DNA of 64,000 nucleotides from Octopus vulgaris (Eukaryota). The position numbers were made by a program, and so were the translations under genes. Every line of letters starts with the position of its first letter. Position 1 is the first letter of the stretch. The notes under the pieces were generated by a model, which was given only the letters and a program-made list of their open reading frames with translations, was not told the origin of the DNA and did no database searches. Shown piece by piece: positions 53,021-64,000 of this stretch. Location: the NCBI GenBank assembly GCA_951406725.2, contig OX597814.1:67022001-67086000 (forward strand), read 5' to 3'.

Positions 53021-53236
53021 CTATGCTGACACACCATCTTCAGAATTGTCTTGATTGCAATAGAAACCTACCAAGCTATCAATTTCATATCTGGGACACT
53101 CACCTCTACCACTAGCAGCACCAGCACTACTAGTGCTGGCCCCGATACTACTTGGACTGGTAGAAGATAATACAAGTGCTTCACCCAAACGGGCAAAATT
53201 TGGTTTTTCTTCTTTCCTTCTGTCTTCTGCATCACT
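53021..53236 (-). CDS. Probable terminal coding exon of an unidentified host gene
   Basis: On the minus strand, branch-like CTAAT and a polypyrimidine tract lead to AAAG| and then SDAEDRRKEEKPNFARLGEALVLSSTSPSS...ECPRYEIDSLVGFYCNQDNSEDGVSA*. Non-repetitive; AT-rich 3'UTR with AATAAA (~52774-52783). Confidence 0.65.
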   Translation of the reverse strand, partial: SDAEDRRKEEKPNFARLGEALVLSSTSPSSIGASTSSAGAASGRGECPRYEIDSLVGFYCNQDNSEDGVSA

Positions 53237-53709
53237 CTTTAAAAAGAGGAAAAAGGAAAATTCAATTAGAGAGTACAAAAAATATAAGAAAGAAAAAAAA
53301 CAAGAAAGAATAAACAAATGTAATAAAAAAAACAAAAACAAAAAAAAACCCTCAAGAGATCCAAAATGGAAATTGCTTAAACCTTCAGTTTTCAGATTAC
53401 TCTGTCAATGTAATGCTTATTTATTTACATCACTTTGAATTAATCATTCATTATCTCAAAGCTTTTAAAATTTCAGTGATGAGTGCTTAATACAACAATG
53501 ACACTGAAAGTGAGGTGTGAGAGACCAGATATAGACAGTTTGAAGTAACAATTAACAATATTAAATAGTGACTGTCATAAAAAAAAAAAAAAAATTTTAA
53601 TGATTTCATGAAAACATTGTTGATCATTGTAAAATTTGATATTCTTAGACTTTCAACCTTTCCTGGAACAAAAAGAGGCAAAAAAGCAATAGAGAGGAAA
53701 TGAAGTCTT

Positions 53710-53798
<89 letters not shown>

Positions 53799-53827
53799 AT
53801 AATATAACACACACATATATATATATA

Positions 53828-53982
53828 CTAAACTCACGGAGTGGTTGGCATTAGGAATGGCATCCAGCAGTACAAACACTGCCAGATCAGACTGGAACCT
53901 GGTGCAGCCTCCTGGCTTCCCAGACCCCGGTCGAACCGTCCAACACATGCTAGCATGGAAAACAGACGTTAAACGTTGATGA
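53828..53982 (+). mobile_element. RTE LINE 3'-end fragment
   Basis: GAGTGGTTGGCATTAGGAATGGCATCCAGC...AACAGACGTTAAACGTTGATGAT. Confidence 0.8.
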
Positions 53983-54934
53983 TATATATATATAAATGGA
54001 TGAATGAATTATCCTTTGTTTACCGTTAACATGGAAAATTCAATAAAATTCAACTCCATTTATTTACTTATATATATATATATATATATATAGATATATA
54101 TATCAGTGGCGACTCCAGCACTCAAGCTGTTCAGGCTTAGCCCAAGTATAAATTTAGTAAAGTGAACATGTATTTGCAAGTTGATTTAATTTTTGCTGAC
54201 ACTGATTTAAAGTATCTAATTCCAGCCAATAACTCGGGCTCCTTTTATTGAGCCTGGTCACCGTTCATCTATTTTTGTTCAGCATTTGGCGGTCATCTTA
54301 GAGGTGCCCTGTGTCAAAAAATATCATTTGTAGCAAACGTTCTCTTAACATTATTCACAAGTGCCTGACTCATGCTCAGAAGTTACAACTTTAGTTGTTA
54401 TCTATAATAGTAAAAATTAAGAGTAATTCAAATCCAATTTTTTTTTTTTAATTTTATCTAGTTTCAGCTCATGTGCTGTGGCCATGCTGGGGCACCGCCA
54501 TTCAATGTTTTCTTGAAACAAAAAATTTCTATAGAGGTTAGGATTTAAATTCCAATCTATGAAAAGTTTCCATTTTACAATATTCTTAAAGGAATGCAAA
54601 ATTATCTAGCTACTTGGGCTAATATGAATGAGCCTGGTAGATGTAAAAGACTAACATCTCTTCTCAAAAGTACAGGCGATCGCAGATGTTTGTTGTGCAC
54701 TGCCCTGTCATTATTTGATTGCTGCTATTCTGTGCGTCTGTATGTAAAGATCAGTTTGTTTGCAGAGTTGCTTTATTTTAAGCCTTAACTTAGAAATGGA
54801 GAAAAACACAGTGTTTGAAGAGAGAAATAAAGCACGAAACGTGAAATTTTTCAAGCAGGCATGTGTCTTATGCAAAATCTGATCTGTGATGAGCCCAAAT
54901 GATGCTGATGACCTAGAGTTGCCACTGATAAAGC

Positions 54935-55587
<653 letters not shown>

Positions 55588-55588
<1 letters not shown>

Positions 55589-56341
55589 TCATCATCATCA
55601 TTTAACGCCTACCCTCCATGCTAGCATGTGTTGGACAATTATGACTGAGGGCTGGCGAACCAGACGACCACACCAGGCTCCAATCTTGATCTAGCAGAGT
55701 TTCTACAGCTGGATGCCCTTCCTAACTACAACCACTCCGAGAGTGTAGTGGGTGCTTATTACGTGCCACCGCCTGTACTTTTGAGAAGAGATGTCAGTTA
55801 GTCTTTTACATCTACCAGGCTCATTCATATTAGCCCAAGTCGCTAGATAATTTTGCATTCCTTTAAGATTCGAGCGAGGTCATTGCCAGTACCGTCTGAG
55901 TGGCGCTGAGTCGGTGGCACGTAAAAAGCACCCACTACACTCTCGGAGTGGTTAGGAAGGGCATATATATATATATAATGTACATACATATCAGGCGATA
56001 TGATATGTTTCATATCATAGCTGTGGCCAGTGTCCCCTGCTTGGCTTTCATGCTTGTGGCACGTAAAAAGCACCATCCAAACCTAGTCAATGCCAGGTCT
56101 GCCTGTAAAAAGAACCATCCAAATGTGGGTGATGCTAGTACCCACTGACTGGTTCCTGTGCCAGTGGGACATAAAAAGCACCCACTACACTCTCAGAGTG
56201 GTTGGCATTAGAAAGAACATCCAGCTGTAGAAACATTGCCAGATCAGATTGGAGCTAGGTGCATATGGTGCCTCTCTGGACCTCAGTCAAACTATCCAAC
56301 CCATGCCAGCATGGAACACAGGCATTAAACAATGATGATGA

Positions 56342-56342
<1 letters not shown>
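55588..56342. mobile_element. Two divergent RTE 3'UTR fragments (55588-55770 minus; ~55868-56342 plus)
   Basis: Both match the 3'UTR of the 50345 and 62460 elements, with (GAT)n tails pointing outward. Confidence 0.8.
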
Positions 56343-56386
<44 letters not shown>

Positions 56387-56433
56387 ACAGAGATATCTGG
56401 CCTTGCTTGGGATTGAGATGTAATAGCTTTTTA

Positions 56434-56848
56434 TTGTTTTACATGTTTCAGCCATGTGACTAAGACCATGCTGGAGCACTGCCTTTGGTCAAAAATATCA
56501 AACACAGGATATATTCTTTATAAGCCTAGTACTTATTCTTTCCGTGACTTTTGCTGAACCACTAGGTTATGAGAATGTAAACACAGTGACATTGGTTTCT
56601 AAGCGATGGAGAGGGGGTGGGGGTGAGACAAACAGAGACACAAATACACATACATTATATATATGTGTGTTTGTATATAGATATATATATGGGACATACT
56701 TCGTTCAGTTTCTGTCAACCAAATCCACTGACATGGCTTTCGTTAACTGAAGGGTATAGTAGAAGACACTTGCCCAGAGAGTGAATGCGGAACCATGTGG
56801 CTGGTTGGCAAGAAAGCTTCTTAGCACACACCCATACCTGCACCTATA
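56434..56848 (-). mobile_element. SINE family A (diverged)
   Basis: Reverse-complement head and tail motifs. Confidence 0.8.
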
Positions 56849-57074
56849 TATATATATATACACATACAATTTCAGTAAGAGGTAAAGAAGTATATTTTAT
56901 ATCCTACTATTGTACTGTTTTTAGCCTCAAGTATTATTTCTTGATGCACACATAAATACCACAAGTTTTCCATCATAAATACTCAATATGTTATTTTTGC
57001 ATTATATGAAATGGAATACCCACAAATCTATTGATTGAAATCCAAATAACTGAACTATACATACATATATATAC

Positions 57075-57312
57075 TGTTGTGTCTGGGGAGTCATTCTCTT
57101 TTGGTACCTTATAATTTAACACACTCACTGGTAAAATTTCCATTTATTTCGTTATTTTTCTAAAATTTTCACTGCATCTTGCAACCTTTTCAATAGAGTC
57201 CATGACTATTGAAAAGGTTGCAAGACACAATAAAAATGAAATATGGAAATTTTATTGGTGAGTGTGTTAAATAATAAGGCACCAAAAGAGAATGACTCTC
57301 CCCAGACAAAAC
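57075..57312. repeat. Fold-back inverted repeat (~100-120-bp arms, ~9-nt loop) with right-hand tail
   Basis: GTCTGGGGAGTCATTCTCTTTTGG...CTTGCAACCTTTTCAATAG / CTATTGAAAAGGTTGCAAG...CCAAAAGAGAATGACTCTCCCAGAC. Confidence 0.88.
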
Positions 57313-57400
57313 AGAATATGCTTCAACACACGAACTCACATAAAGAATCTTGCAAACTAAATCCAAAAACAAAAATATATATATACACACATACATATAA

Positions 57401-57511
57401 GAGGGATGACCACTAAATGGACATCCAATATGCTAGATGCAGACCCCATATAGTGAGACCATATGAGGTCTACATCTATCATACTGGATGCCCACTTAGT
57501 GGTCATCCCTC
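57401..57511. repeat. Short fold-back hairpin (~50-bp arms, 9-nt loop)
   Basis: GAGGGATGACCACTAA...GACCCCATAT / ATATGAGGTC...TTAGTGGTCATCCCTC. Confidence 0.85.
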
Positions 57512-57622
57512 ATATATAATATAATTTTTCTGAATCTTCAGATTTTTTCAATTGCTAGGCCACTTGGTCTAAATTAATATTAATCAAATTAATATTCAAT
57601 TTTTTACCCTTATTATTTAAAT

Positions 57623-57668
<46 letters not shown>

Positions 57669-57794
57669 CATACATATATATTGTAGCCCGGTGCAGCCTT
57701 CTGGATTGCCAGCCCTCAGTCAAACCGTCTAACCCATGCCAGCATGGAAAGCGGATGTTAAACGATGACGATGATAATGAATGTCTATATATAT

Positions 57795-59814
57795 ATATTA
57801 GAACCTCATTGTACAAGTAATTTGCTGTACAAAGCAAAGCTTGTGCAAATTTTTATCTTCAAGTTCATCTTCAAGCTTCAAATAAGCAACTGCTAGTAGG
57901 CACAGAGCTTGCACACGCTCTCCCAACAAGAGCAGTCTCCACTTACTCAGTTCACATGTTTATTTCATTGTGGCAACATCCCTGTTATTACTAGTGCTGT
58001 TGTTTAGTTTTGTACATATTTTGCTATTATTTTATAATAATTAGTTGTGTTAGTCATGGATCCAAAGAATGTTAGTGCAAAGGACAGTGCTGAAAAGAAG
58101 AAAAAGCTGATTATGATAGAATTGAAGAAAGAAATCATTGATAAACATGAGAGAGGAGTGCATGTAGTGGACACAGCATGTCAATACAACCAAAGCACGT
58201 TGATGATCTGCAACATTGTGACAAAAAAAGACGAGATCAAGGCTGTTACAACAAAGTGTGTCTCCAGGCTCTCTAAGCAATGCACATCTGTCCATGAAAG
58301 GATGGGGAAATTGCTTCTCCTGCGGATCAGCAAGTAATTTGCAGGGGATACAATTATGGAGACAGTCATCTCTGAGAAAGCACAAGCACTGTATGGGGAT
58401 TTCCTGAAGCAGAACTTTGGAACATCGATGGAGGAGACATCAGCAGATGCATTTAAGGCCAGTCGCAGCTGGTTTGGTAATTTCAAGAAGGACCATCAGG
58501 TACGGAGATGCAGTAAGCTCTGACACAAAGGCAGCTGAAGAGTACATGCATGAATTCCCTTGGCTCATCACAGCCAAGGGGTACATCACACAACAAGTAT
58601 TCAACTGTGATGAAACTGGTCTTTCCTGGAAAAACTGCCCAGAAGAACCTAGCCCTTTGTGCCAATGTGAGTGTAGACTTGAAGATTAAGCCGCTTCTTG
58701 TCTACCATTCTGAAAAACCACGAGTGTTCAAGTTGCACAAAGCCCTGAAGAAGAAGCTGCAGGTCATGTGGAGAGCAAACGTTAAAGCCTGGGTCACAAG
58801 GCAATTCACTTCTGAGTGGGTCAACCTTGTCTTCAGACCAGCAGTGAAAAAATATCTTCTGAAGAACAATTTCCTCTCAAGGCCCTCTTCATCCTCGACT
58901 ATGCTCCTGCTCACCCACTTTGCCTCGAGGATGATATCCTGGATGAATTTAAATTTATAAAAGTTATGTACCTTTCATGCAACACCACCCCTATCTTATA
59001 GCCCATGTACCACAGGTGATTTTTGATTTTAAGAAATTGTACACCAAACACCTGTTTCATCAGTGCTTTGAAGTCACCAAAAATACAAACCTAACCCTTT
59101 GTGAGTTATGAAAGGAGCACTACAACATAGTAAACTGCCTGGTAATCATCAATATGGCCTGGTAGTGTAGCAGAGAATGCTATCTCTACGAGTGACATAA
59201 AGGCAGCAGTGGCAAAGTGGCAGCATGTTTCTGAATCTGTGGCAAAATATCATCCTGAAAAAGTAGCTACAAGTCGTGCAGCCACTTTATTTAATAACAC
59301 TGCTCTGGTGCATTTTTGTAACATTTTCAAAGGCAGGAAAAAGCAGACTTCTCTTTATATGTTTCTAATGAAATGACCTGCAAGTGTAAAAAGTGAAGGA
59401 AGTGTGGCCAAAAAGCCTAAATTAAACGAATTGAGAGAGAAAACACAGAAATTGTTCTTCACGAAGTCTTAATGGAAGGAGATTCTCCTTCCAAACAGTA
59501 AACTTCCTCCTTCCCATTCTATTGTCTTCCACACACAAAAATTGTCCAATCTTTAAAGTAATTCAGTTCATAAAAAAGGGTTAGATATTTCTTACGTGTT
59601 CTCTTTTTTATAATTGTCATTTTATTTGTAACTACACCTTTTCTGTTTTAAAACCTGTAAAAAATTATTTTGGGGTGGTTTTTTGGCGGAGGTGGAACAG
59701 ATTAAATTATAATTTAGTTAATTCCAATGGGGAAAATTGATTTGTAGAATGAGTAATTTGTAAAATGACCTCAGTTGTGGAACAAATTAAACTCGTACTG
59801 CATGGTATCATTGT
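57795..59814 (+). mobile_element. Decayed Tigger/pogo transposon
   Basis: IELKKEIIDKHERG, FKASRSWF, QVFNCDETGL, KPLLVYHSEKPR, WRANVKAWVT, LDYAPAHP; degenerate TIRs with TA flanks. Confidence 0.88.
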
Positions 59815-59819
59815 ATATC

Positions 59820-59857
<38 letters not shown>

Positions 59858-59876
59858 TGTATATATATATATATAT

Positions 59877-60554
59877 ATATAAACAAGAAAAAAGCAATAA
59901 GAATGGATTAGTTGTTCAGTACAATTGTTTCATACGAAGAACAGATTTATTAAAAGCTGCAAATATTGCAGCAAATACAAGTGTCCCGTATTCATCAGCC
60001 AAAACACATATGAGTTTTCCAAACATCCAAGGGGGTGAGGCTACACTCATGAAGTATCGAAAAGAGTTCTATGAAAAGCAAAGTTAGATTGTAAGCAGAC
60101 TTAAAATGTTCTCTAATGATGCACAGTTTTATAAAAGGTTTTTAAAAAAGTTTGTTAGCTTCACAGAAAAGGTAAATCCATCCATAATAATGCAGGTGTA
60201 ATTTCCGGAGATATGAGGAGAGATTTTATTCTCAGAGAATATTAATGTAGATGTAATTTACCTTTTCTGTAAGCTAACAAACTTTTTTAAAAACCTTTTA
60301 TAAAACTGTGCATCATTAGAGAACATTTTAAGGCTGCTTACAATCTAACTTTGCTTTTCATAGAACTCTCTTCGATACTTCATGAGTGTAGCCTCACCCC
60401 CTAGGATGTTTGGAAAACTCATATGTGTTTTGGCTGATGAATACGGGACACTTGTATTTGCTGCAATATTTGCAGCTTTTAATAAATCTGTTCTTCGTAT
60501 GAAACAATTGTACTGAACAACTAATCCATTCTTATTGCTTTTTTCTTGTTTATA
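59877..60554. repeat. Fold-back inverted repeat (~300-bp near-identical arms, ~80-nt spacer) with right-hand tail to ~60665
   Basis: 59877-60177 is the reverse complement of 60257-60554 with only a few mismatches; flanked by (TA)n. Confidence 0.95.
60429..60517 (+). ncRNA. Hammerhead ribozyme with intact catalytic core (mirror copy at 59915-60003, minus)
   Basis: UUUGG-CUGAUGA-AUACG...(GCUGCAA/UUGCAGC hairpin)...CGUAU-GAAA-CAAUUG-UA-CUGAA. Confidence 0.82.
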
Positions 60555-61099
60555 ATCACCCCACATTATTTTATGGTTAATACCATAAAGATTTCTGGTG
60601 CATCTAAGTTAAGTACCACATTCATGTGAATTCATTGGAACTCACTTGAATCTTAATCTGAAATTTTACATATATATATATACACATACATACATACATA
60701 GATGTAATATACATAAATAAAGAAGTATATTATCAATAATAAAATAATAATAGTGGCTATTCAAAGCATGAACTGTGCATATATATATATATATAATGTA
60801 CATATACACCCAGAAACACACAAATAGCTAAGGAGTGAAATTTAGGATTTCTCAGTTTTCTGTGAATTGATTTTGATAAAAGTTTTCCCAACTGGTTTGC
60901 ACACTATGGCAACACCATTGTTATACTTCCATTATGCTGTGTAACGTCCTTTCTTTTTCATTTCAGATTTTTCAGTTTTTGGGTGAACCATACTAATAGC
61001 TTTTGAATGAAAATAGCCCATCTAGACATTTCTTTTCAGAAAATGAATGGTAATGATACATATTAAGCATACATTGAGTATATATTTAACATAAAACCA

Positions 61100-61960
61100 T
61101 AATAATATTATAACCTTTATTGACATAATGAATTATTTAGCCACATGAGTGCCATTTTGACAGATAACTTCAAAAAGCCTATTTCTTAAATAGTAGCAGG
61201 TTGGACTGCCTCTGCTGCAGCTTTCATGGTCACCCATAAGACATCTTTCAACATAAATTGGCATACATCGGCATAAATATCATGTTTAATAATGTACCAA
61301 AGATTTTCAATAGGGTCGAGATCTGGAGATGCTGGTGGCCACACCATCAACCTTTCAGCTTATATGCTGTAAAACCCTAGTAATGTTTGGTTGGTCCTAG
61401 CAGAGTGGGAGGAAACGTTGTCATGCATAAATATGAGATTCTTTAGAAGTAACAGCAGTATGTCATCTAGCCAGGGATCCAAGACCTCCTTCAGAAGGTT
61501 GCAGCAGGAGGTCACTTTAACCTCTTCAGGAACCCTGGTTGGGCCAACAAGTCTGTCCCCAATGATACCAGCCCACAACATGACTCATCCACCCTGTTGT
61601 TGACATAAACGTTGCTGATACTCATCTCCATAATAGACCCAACCATTTTCCCAACCGTCAAGTTCATCGAGGGTCACCCTGATTTTGTCAGTGAAAAGAA
61701 CACAACTCATGTCTAATGTCATGTTATTTTGGACACACTGAGGCCTCAAACTCCTGTGAGGAGACAGCTTCATGGGTTCTTGAATGGAAGCCATGGTCCC
61801 AAGGATGTGATTTTTGGTGATTTTCGGTATGTGAGGAAGTCTGGAGGCAGTGAAAACAGCTTTGCTTGTTTGTCCAGGTTTCCCATGCAACTTGCGGCCA
61901 ATATTCCTTAAATCTCTAGTTGTCAGTCCTGATGGTCCCGCAATTAGATCATTTCTACAT
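61100..61960 (-). mobile_element. Decayed Tc1-family transposase
   Basis: VLFTDKIR, QQGG*VMLWAGI, FMHDNVSSH, WPPASPDLDPIENLW. Confidence 0.85.
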
Positions 61961-61984
61961 TATATCTATTCTTTTTTTTTTATC

Positions 61985-62181
61985 TTTTTCAGTCATTTGA
62001 TTGCAGCTTTGCTGGAGCACAGCCTTTAGTCAAACAAATCGACCCCAGGGCTTATTCTTTGTAAGCCTAGTACTTATTCTATCGGTCTCTTTTACTGAAC
62101 CACTAAGCTACGGGGACATAAACACACCATTGGGTGTCAAGCGAGGATGGGGAGACAAACAGACACACAAACATATATATA

Positions 62182-62227
<46 letters not shown>

Positions 62228-62390
62228 AAAGGCTTCTTTCAGTTTCTGTCTAGCAAATCCACTCACAAGGCTTTGGTCAGCCCAAGGCCACAGTAGAAGA
62301 CACTTACCCAAGGTGTCACGCAATGGGACTGAACCCAGAACCATGTGGCTAGTAAGCAAGCTACTTACCACATAGCCACTCCCACACCTA
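61985..62390 (-). mobile_element. SINE family A
   Basis: Reverse complement of the family pattern seen in this window. Confidence 0.88.
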
Positions 62391-62459
62391 TATATATAAT
62401 GTATAGTATGTATATAACGTATAATGTATATGTCTATAATGCATAATGTGTGTGTATGT

Positions 62460-64000
62460 ATAACAGAGAAATTCAAGACAGGATGCCCCTGGGAGCTCCT
62501 CTATGCTTACAACCTTGCTCTAATTGCTGAGTCACTATCAGAACTAGAGGAGAAGTTTCAGGTGTGGAAGCAAGGATTAGAAACGAAGGGCCTTAGTGTC
62601 AACCTAGCTAAAACCAAAGTCCTAATAAGTAGGAAGATAGACAAACCACAAACACCTTCAGGTAGATGGCCCTGCTCGATCTGTAGAAAAGGCATGGGTA
62701 GAAACTCTATAAGATGTACCCAGTGTAAGCTATGGACACATAAGAGGTGCAGCAATCTCAAAGGAAGGCTAACTGGGAAGATAGTCTTTGTATGTGGCAG
62801 ATGCTCAGGAGCAATAAACACTGAAATTCTGCAGAAAACAACTTCCGTCACTTTCCAGGGAGAAAAACTAGAAGTAGTTGATAGCTTCCGTTACCTAGGT
62901 AACCAAGTCAGTAGTGGGGGCAGGTGTGCTGAAAGTGTAACTGCTAGAGTAAGAATAGCCTGGGCAAAGTTCAGAGAGTTCTTACCTCTGCTGGTGACAA
63001 AAGGCTTCTCGCTCAGAGTAAAAGGCAGACTGTGTGACGTATGTGTACGAACAGCCATGCTACATGGCAGTGAAACATGGGCCATGACTGTTGAGGACAT
63101 GCGTAAGTTCACGAGGAATGAAGCCGATGGATGTGTAATATCAGTGTACATACTCGACAGAGTGTAGGTACCTTGAGAGAAAAGTTGGATCTAAAAAGCA
63201 TCAGCTGTGGTGTGCAAGAGAGATGATTGCGCTGGTTTGGTCATGTGGCGAGAATGGATGAAGATAGGTGTGTGAAAAAGTGCCAATCCCTAGCGGTTGA
63301 GGGAACCTGTGGAAGAGATAGACCCAGGAAGACATGGGACGAGGTGGTGAAGCATGACCTTCGAACATTAGGCCTCACCAAGTCAATGATTAGTGACCAA
63401 GACCTTTGGAAATATGCTGTGCGTGAGAAGACCTGGCAGGACAAGTGAGTCCATCCCGTGTCCTTATGCCAGGGATGTAGGCAGCCCACTTATGCATGCC
63501 TTTCCTTCCTTGGACACATGAAGACCTGTTGAGGCAAGTGAAGTCGAAATTGAATTTAGAAATCGAACCTCATCCGACGACTGGCACCCATGCCAACCTT
63601 CCCTTCATTGGACACTAAACTCTGCTTGTGAAGACCTGTGGAGGCAAGTGAAATCGGAATTGAAATTAAACTAATCCTATGACTGGCACCCGGTAGTTGC
63701 CAGTGACGCTGGACTGACTCCTGTGCAGGTGGCAAGTAAAGAAACACTGTTTCGACCCTGTGCTTGAGGAGACCGATTGAGTCAAGTCTATCAACATCAA
63801 AATTCAAATGGAAATTGTAGTAGTGTTCCCTGTGCCGGTGGCACGTAAAAAGCACCATCCGAACGTGGCTGATGCCAGCCTCGCCTGGCACGCAAAAAGC
63901 ACCCACTACACTCGTGGAGTGGTTGGTGTTAGGAAGGACATCAAGCTGTAGAAACACTGCCAGATCAGACCAGAGCCTGATGCAGCCTTCTGGCTTCCCA
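62460..64000 (+). mobile_element. 5'-truncated, inactivated RTE-clade LINE with PHD finger after the RT core; runs off the window end
   Basis: LLYAYNL (mutated YADD), C4HC3 finger, FRYLG, MLHGSETW, RWFGHVARM; frameshift near 63125; ORF stop at 63448. Confidence 0.9.

Noticed and set aside
54104-54400. CAGTGGCG start resembling a hAT terminal repeat
   Set aside because: No matching right TIR, TSD or transposase motif found
59821-60566. Two near-identical ORFs on opposite strands (YKQEKSNKNG...)
   Set aside because: A by-product of the inverted repeat; they lie antisense to the hammerheads and have non-ATG or microsatellite starts

Overview
AT-rich, microsatellite-laden eukaryotic DNA. The SINE families and repeat landscape look like an octopus (coleoid cephalopod) genome; this is by recognition, not by search. 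It is almost entirely transposable elements. These include one young 5'-truncated CR1/L2-type LINE with an uninterrupted APE+RT ORF2 (361-3210, minus) and decayed Tx1/L1, Jockey-like and RTE LINEs. There are also two Chapaev3-like (CMC) DNA transposons, mariner, Tc1, Tigger/pogo, a hAT MITE, non-autonomous Helitrons, Penelope-like element (PLE) remnants and more than 25 SINE copies. Only one plausible host exon was found (a terminal coding exon, minus, 53021-53236). Two things stand out. (1) A series of fold-back inverted-repeat elements and PLE remnants carries minimal type-I hammerhead ribozyme motifs (C[U/C]GANGA-stem II-GAAA-short stem III-UH, stem III usually palindromic) in several sequence families, ranging from a GIY-YIG-containing copy to purely non-coding hairpins. 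(2) The intact LINE has no AUG for ORF2. Its ORF1/ORF2 overlap instead holds a G_GGA_AAC slippery heptamer followed 6 nt later by a predicted H-type pseudoknot, a retrovirus-like -1 frameshift cassette. Boundaries of decayed elements are approximate.
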